From: the human T2T-CHM13v2.0 reference genome, Homo sapiens
Reading direction: 5' to 3' (one strand)
Assembly (NCBI RefSeq): GCF_009914755.1
Contig: NC_060926.1
Length of the DNA: 64,000 nt
Shown here: positions 57,371-64,000 of the stretch, piece by piece
Position numbering within the stretch: the first letter of the stretch is position 1
Layout: every line of letters begins with the position of its first letter
Program-made: the position numbers and the translations under genes
The notes under the pieces: generated by a model
The model's database searches: none
The model's input: the letters and a program-made list of their open reading frames with translations, nothing else
Told to the model about the DNA's origin: nothing

Positions 57371-58054
57371 ACAAACAGAGCACAAGCATGAGATTCTTAA
57401 AATGTACATAGGACAGAATAAAGGTCATCTGATCTAGATAAGAGTCGTCATACATATTCATAGCTCTGAAATTATCTGAGAGTTTGGGGAGGATATTTCT
57501 ATAGGGACCTTTAACCTTAATGTCAGGGTGTTGATTTGACAAGCATCTCTAAAGAATCCATCACTTTATTAGAAAAAGCAAAGTGTAACATTATTATTTT
57601 TTTAACAACCCAAACTTTAAAAACCTTTGGAGTAACTCTTATGAGAAATACCTGACTTTTGTAAGCCATGACTACAGAATTTCATGTTGGCAGTGGCAGA
57701 AAAGAGAGTGCAGATGGAGAGGAGCCTAGGTTTCCATCTGTCATAGCAGCATGCAGAAGATACACTGCTTATTGCTTCAGCTGTTTCTAAATGCTGAGAT
57801 AGAGTCTTGAAAAGGAACAAACTCCAAACTCATGGTTCTTTAAGCAGAATTTGTCAGCTGGATTCAAAAGAAGCAAAAATGTTAGCATGATGAAATAATA
57901 TGCAGGTAGAGCCTGAGAAAACCTATTAATATCAAGTAGGAAATAGAACAGTCAGAGCATGGTATAGTCATGTTATTGAACAGAGATGTAAAGGGGAGAA
58001 CTATAAATTCTTACTGCTGAAGTACTAGCCCTGCAGGACATACAGACTGCATGA

Positions 58055-58376
<322 letters not shown>

Positions 58377-58649
58377 TTTTTTTTTTTTTTTTTTTTTTTT
58401 GAGACAGAGTCTCACTCTGTCACCCAGGCTGGAGTGCAGTAGCGCAATCTTGGCTCACTGCAACCTCCGCCTCCTGGGTTTAAGCAATTAGAGGTGTGTG
58501 CCACCATGCCCAGCTGATCTTTGTACTTTTAGTAGAGACGGGGTTTGGCCGTGTTGGCCAGGCTGTTCTTGAACTCCTGTCCTCAACTGATCTGCCCGCC
58601 TTGACCTCTCAAAATGCTGGAATGACAGGTGTGAGTCATCACGCCTGGC
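58377..58649 (-). mobile_element. Older AluS with a right-arm deletion of about 30 bp
   Basis: gggtttaagcaatt|agaggtgtgtgccacc lacks ctcctgcctcagcctcccgagtagctggg. Confidence 0.92.
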
Positions 58650-58787
58650 CAAGTATTTTTAAACTCTTGGTTTCTAGTGTTATTCTCATCTTCCTATTGC
58701 TCTGTATGCATCTTTTGGTAACTCCTCCCTTTACTTGAGCTGGCCTGGTTCTCTACTCTTTGAACCACTGAAGCTTAACTAAAACCA
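58650..58787 (+). mobile_element. Ancient MLT1 LTR 3' end (probably continues upstream of the Alus)
   Basis: ccctttacttgagctggcctggttctctactctttgaaccactgaagcttaactaaaac. Confidence 0.45.
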
Positions 58788-58849
58788 TGCCCTTTCTAAC
58801 CACAGTCCATGTGAGTTCCCATAATTTTCTTGGGTTGTTGTAAATTAAT

Positions 58850-59560
58850 TCAATCATCTGCCATCCATTCATCCATGTAATGCAGGAACCACGGTGTCAC
58901 TTCATTCTTCCCTCCACTTCACTGACTTCCCCGTTTTCCCCATCTCCACCCTAGACCCTGTCTTTCCACCTCATTTTCAGGATTAATTAGCCCTCTTCCT
59001 CCTTAATAGTACCCTCTCAGTATAGTCATATCTCTTCCCTGAACTACCATGAAATCTTGGAAACTGTTTTTCTCCTACCAGTCTTGTTTCTTTATCATTC
59101 CCCACATTTAATTCTGAGTAATTAATGAGACATAAGAGGACTTTTTGTTTTTCTGATTAAAGGTCTATCCCAAGTTTCTCATCATCTTGTAGTAAGTTCT
59201 CCATGGCTTGGTTCTCTCTACTTCACCTTTAGCTCCTGCAACACTTCCTGCCTCTGATTCAGTTGCTTTCCCCATGTTTAAATTCTTGTGCACCTCCCTC
59301 TTGTTCTTCAACACTTAACTAAATGGTCATTTCTTTTTGCAACAAGGCTTTCTTAAACACTCTATCTGGACCCTCCTCTGTGCTTCCAAATTTGTACTAC
59401 CTCTAACTGAGCACATCTCATTGTCTGTTGAGTAAATATCTTAATTGGTCTTCCACTAAGCTGTCAGCTTGTTAATGGTGAGGACTTTTTTATAGTACAT
59501 TCAAAACCTGGAACAATGCCTGGAATATGCCAGTGACCAATGAACGTTTGTGGAATGAAT
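58850..59560 (+). mobile_element. L2 including its 3' end
   Basis: Ends in cctggaacaatgcctggaatatg…caatgaacgtttgtggaatgaat. Confidence 0.7.
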
Positions 59561-60441
59561 TTACCTCGGGCATTGCAGTTCCTTAGATGTACGTGACCTC
59601 CAGGGCCCTCTCACATTGTCCCCTTGATCCATGATTCTCTGCAGCAGTGTTGTCCGTGGCGGCTTGTTTACCTGCTGTGCCAGACCCAGTTTGTGGTCAT
59701 CACTGTGTCCATGAGAATAAACAGACACAGCTCAGAGATGCCTAGAAAGAAAGCTCTGTAGAATAAGTGGGACTCCTGCATGGTTTCCCTGAGAACTGGT
59801 TTTGCTAAGATCATCTTTTGCCCTTCAGTTTTATTGTACAGCACCTTCAACATTACCTTCCTGTGATTGACCATACATTTAGAAGAATCCTTCAGTTGCC
59901 CTGCTTTAAGAACACAATCAGTTATTTTAGAAAGGTAAGATTGATACCAACATGAAAGGCTGAGCAGCTGTACCGAGTGCAGAGAAATAAGAGTCACCTC
60001 AGGCATCAAACTGTTCATAGTCAGATTTAGAGGAAATCAATAAATAAACTTGCTCATACTTTACTATATTTAGTTTTGATTCATTGGATAAAATATATCT
60101 TTAAATATCATCATAAGAAAGTGAGTGTTTGGTACCATTTTAGAGTTTGAATTTGAAAAGGATTTCAAGTGTGAGGAGTCGTTCTCCTCTGGAGATATTT
60201 CACAGGCACCATCATTAGTGTCAAGTGGAGCAGCCTAGGGGGGCCCCTTTACATTTATTGTCTTTGTTCCTAAAAGATCAAACGTAGTTTTTCCTTGTAC
60301 GTACAGAAGCTAGGAGCTTGCCACTTTCTCAGGAGGTGCTAGCTCTGGCTGAATTCAATTTGTGTTCAGAACTGCCCGAAGCAGAATTTCATACATCACC
60401 AGCTCAGGATCTCACCCTTGCAATTATCCATGTTGAAAGAC

Positions 60442-60966
60442 TGTGGCAGGCAGAATAATGATCCCCCAAAATGTCCACAACCCCCAGAACTTGTGAGTCT
60501 GCCACCTTTTATGGCAAAGGGGAATTGAGGCTGGAAGTCAGTTGAGAGAGCATACTGGATTATCCAGGTGGGCCTAATGTAATCATATGGACCCTTAAAG
60601 GCATAAGAGGAAGAAGAAAAGCCATTCTAAGAGATGTAATAAAGCTAGAGGAAGTGACGCATGAGCTCAAGAACGTGAGCACCCTCTAGAAGCTGGGAAA
60701 TACCTTCAGTCACAGTCAGCAACAAAACATAGACCTCAGCCCTACAACTACCTGCAAAGAACTGAATTTTACCAGTAATCTGAATAAACAAGGAGATGGA
60801 TTTTTCCTTAGAGCCCCTAGAAGGCCTCCTCACTGTCATCTTTATTTTATTCTTCTGAAACTCATGTTGGACTTGTGACCTACGAAACTGTAAGATAATA
60901 CATTTGTGTTGTTTGAAGCTACTGACTTTGTGGTGATTTGTTACTGCAGCATGGAAAAGCAATACA
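60442..60966 (+). mobile_element. MaLR solo LTR (MLT1D/E-like)
   Basis: tgtggcaggcagaataatg…ctggattatccaggtgggcctaatgtaatca…tgtggtgatttgttactgcagcatggaaaagcaataca. Confidence 0.88.
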
Positions 60967-62345
60967 ATGAGCTATCAAAAACATTGATCACCTTATCCTT
61001 GATAGGGCCAGGAATGCCTTAAAGAATATCACAATCTAATTGCCAAGAAAAGATAAAAATAAATGGAAATTTCAACAATGATAAAGGAACAAGACAGTAT
61101 TTTGAGACGGTAATTGGTTGAATGGTGTATAGCAGTGCATGATAAATTGGCAAATAAATTCTGCTAAGTTTTCAGCAAAGTCTTAATGAAAAGTCAGAAA
61201 TAAATGAGTCTCAGGTTCCTAATCTCAAGAATATTTTAGACGCTAAGCACAGAGTTGCTAGATAGTCTTATGAAAATTGCTTCATTTAAGAGAAAATGGC
61301 ATATCATTAAGTTGAATATTTCATGATATTGAAATGTAGGGACTCCAGTTGAATTTGTCAGGAAAATGGGAAGAAGGAGACTGCATGAGAACCAAACTTA
61401 AATGTACAGATTGGAGGATTTGAAAACGGTTGAGATGGAGAGGCTTTCCAGAAGAGAACAAATTGATGAGCATTTCAGAGTTGACAATGTCTACATTACC
61501 TCCTGAGACATCAAGGTCAATGCACATGTGCCGAAAGCCACTCACAAAATTGAAGTCCATCCTCCAACTCCAGGCCCACACTTACTCACAAGCATAACTT
61601 CCTCACCTCAACAGTGGGCAGTACATAATTTCTGAAAATGAGACAATACAGAGTAATCTCTCATGCATCTTTCTTTGATGTAACAGAGACCAGCCTGAGT
61701 TGTAATAAATTTAGGGAAAGCATTCACTATTATTTTGGTTTCTAACTCTTCTCAATCTGGGACAAAATGAATGCCACTGAAAGGCAAGAAAAATACTCAG
61801 ATAATCTCTCTTTTCCAGCCAAATATGGGAGTATTGAAGGAACAAGGAGATGACAGATAAAGATGCTTTTAGAGCAGCTCCTAATGCTCTCTCTCTCTGT
61901 TCCTAAATGAATATGGCCAAGGCTGAGGAGGGTTCTACTTATGAGAAATTGTCCCTGAAAGTACTCCAGCTGCTCACTGACTCCCAGGCCTAAGGATAGT
62001 CAGTCTAGAGGAAGATGCTGTGTCTAATATCTCTTCCTGCCTAGGGTTCCGTAGAGTCTAGTTTCTGTGGAAAGCCATGTATGGCGATAAAATGAGTGTG
62101 ATCCTCTTAGCAAGAAGGCATGGGTGGAATTTCTGCCTTCCGTGTTTGCTAATAAGGGGACTTCATGCCAATTACCTAACCTCTCTGGGTTTTAGTTTTT
62201 TCATTTGTCGATGGCACTGATGATATTAATGGAGCCTCTCTCAGAGTAAGCACTTATGGATTTTTGTATGATTTTTAATGCGATGAGATAAATCTTCAGT
62301 AAAATTTGAAGTATTATAAAATGTTAGTATTCTTGTAGTTATTAT

Positions 62346-62760
62346 TGCATTAATTTTCTAGGGCTTCTATAATAAAGTACTGTCGATTGGGTGGCTTAAA
62401 CAGCAAAAGCTTATTTCCTGTGGTTCTGGAAGCTGGAAGTTTAAGGTCAAGGTGCCCACAGGGTTGGTGTCTTTTCAAGGTGCCCACAGGATTGGTGTCT
62501 TTTGAGGCCTTTCTCTCGGGCTTGTAGATGGCCATTTTCTCCTTATATGCTCACATGGTGTTCCCTTTTTGCAGGTATGTGTCCAATATTTCTCATATGA
62601 GAACTCTAGTCACATTAGATTAGGGCTCACCCTAATGATTTCATTTTAACTTACTTTTCTCTTTAAAGACCCTGTATCTAAATGCAGTCACATTCTGAAA
62701 AACTGGCTGTTAGGACTTCAGCATACATAATTCTAGGGGGACACAATTCAGCTCATAACA
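62346..62760 (-). mobile_element. MaLR solo LTR (MLT1A-like)
   Basis: gggtggcttaaacagc…gttctggaagctggaag…ggggacacaattcagctcataaca. Confidence 0.88.
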
Positions 62761-63638
62761 TTATTACAATTATTAATTCCAGTTCAGTGGTTAAAATAAT
62801 ATTTTTGCATTATGACAGTCATAACTTTATCTATTAAAAAACTGAATACCTATTTCACGTTCCTTTGAGGCTTTATAATCACAAAGTCACCACTTCTCAG
62901 AAACAAAAGCAAGCTGGCAGCCTTGCTCCACTGTCTCTCCTTTGCTCAAATGGCCACTGAAACCAGTGCCTTGGCCTCTGTGGGCTTTATCACCTTTGAC
63001 ATGAAATACTCTCTTCACAGTATAATCTCATTTTTTGTGCACCATAAGGGAATCCATTTGAAATGTAGAAGTTGACTCCAATGACAACATACATATGAAA
63101 AATAGTAACTTTCTGTAGTAACTCTAAATTTCCTTCTGGGAAAACACACAAACGTACACGTGTACACATACACACACACAACCCCCCACCCCTCCAACTG
63201 CTAAAATTTTCATGCCTAATTGATATTTTCCAGAAAACCATTTAAGCTGCTTTCTTCTATTATGGCTTCTCTCCTACCAGGCACAGAAACTGTACTGAAT
63301 ATTAGGGATAAGTTTCAGTAGCCCCATTTGCATTCAGTCCTCAGACAAGCGAAGACATGGACAGTGAGTAACATTTATCCTGGGGAAACTGATCAAGAAA
63401 GAGAAGCCACCTGGATAAAACAAGTCAAGGAAATTTGCATACTCAGAACCATGATTTGAGATGCTAATCATTACAGAAGCATGTTTTATTGGTCCATTTA
63501 ATTTGATTTGGAGAGAAATCTCCCTAAAGGATTTGGGGATTTTGCAGACCTAAGGCACTGACATACAGAGTAAAGTTGGATTTTACTATATTACTTGTCC
63601 CTATGGAATCAGTTCATCAAGGCTGCTAATAACTAAAG

Positions 63639-63800
63639 CAGTGGCTTTCAAACTTGAATGGCTTTAAGAATTATCTGGAGAGCTTGTTAAAATGCCACAG
63701 GCTCAAGGAATTCTAACTCATTCAGTCCTGAGTGGGATCTGGAAACCTACACAATATCAAGCCCGCTTCCTCACCCCAAGTGATTTTAATTTTTCTAACC
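63639..63800. mobile_element. MER5-family element
   Basis: cagtggctttcaaactt…gaattatctggagagcttgttaaaatgc…ccccaagtgatt. Confidence 0.65.
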
Positions 63801-63804
63801 AACA

Positions 63805-64000
63805 CTCACATAGTGTTTATTATATGTCAGACACTGTTATAAGCATTTTATAAATGTTAACTTATTTCAAGTCACACAATTTTTACATTTTTTTTCCCAT
63901 TTTTTACAGGAGAGCAATGGAGACAGAGTTGCTTATCCAAGGGCAGTCTAGCAAGTGGCAGAGCTGGGGCGTGAGTCCAGGCAGTTTTGTTCCAGAGTCC
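63805..64000 (-). mobile_element. MIR
   Basis: atatgtcagacactgttataagcatttta…cccattttttacaggagagc…gcaagtggcagagctggg. Confidence 0.75.

Noticed and set aside
59646-59666. REST/RE1-like motif (ccacggacaacac on the minus strand)
   Set aside because: Only part of the right half matches; the TCAGCA left half is absent.
59668-60018. 116-aa antisense ORF
   Set aside because: No recognisable homology or domain; the length is compatible with chance.

Overview
AT-rich primate (human or great-ape) genomic DNA, not prokaryotic. The only supportable coding sequence is one 75-nt internal exon on the + strand (10687-10761, VTFKASRHSVSPDLKYVLLAYDVKQ), which I recognise as DPP10 (dipeptidyl-peptidase-like 10, Kv4 channel auxiliary subunit). 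The rest is intron, filled with Alu, L1, L2, MIR, CR1, MaLR/ERV LTRs and hAT-type DNA transposons; subfamily calls are by eye and need RepeatMasker confirmation. Most notable: (1) a decayed, 5'-truncated retrocopy of a glycine/tyrosine-rich keratin-associated-protein (KRTAP) mRNA with an apparent target-site duplication (TSD) at about 36.1-36.6 kb; (2) a small L1PA insertion combining a twin-priming inversion, an internal deletion and an apparent 3' transduction at 12.75-13.26 kb; (3) candidate recursive splice sites, best at 28812; (4) an in-frame stop and poly(A) signals just after the exon donor. I see no evidence for a new multi-gene system.
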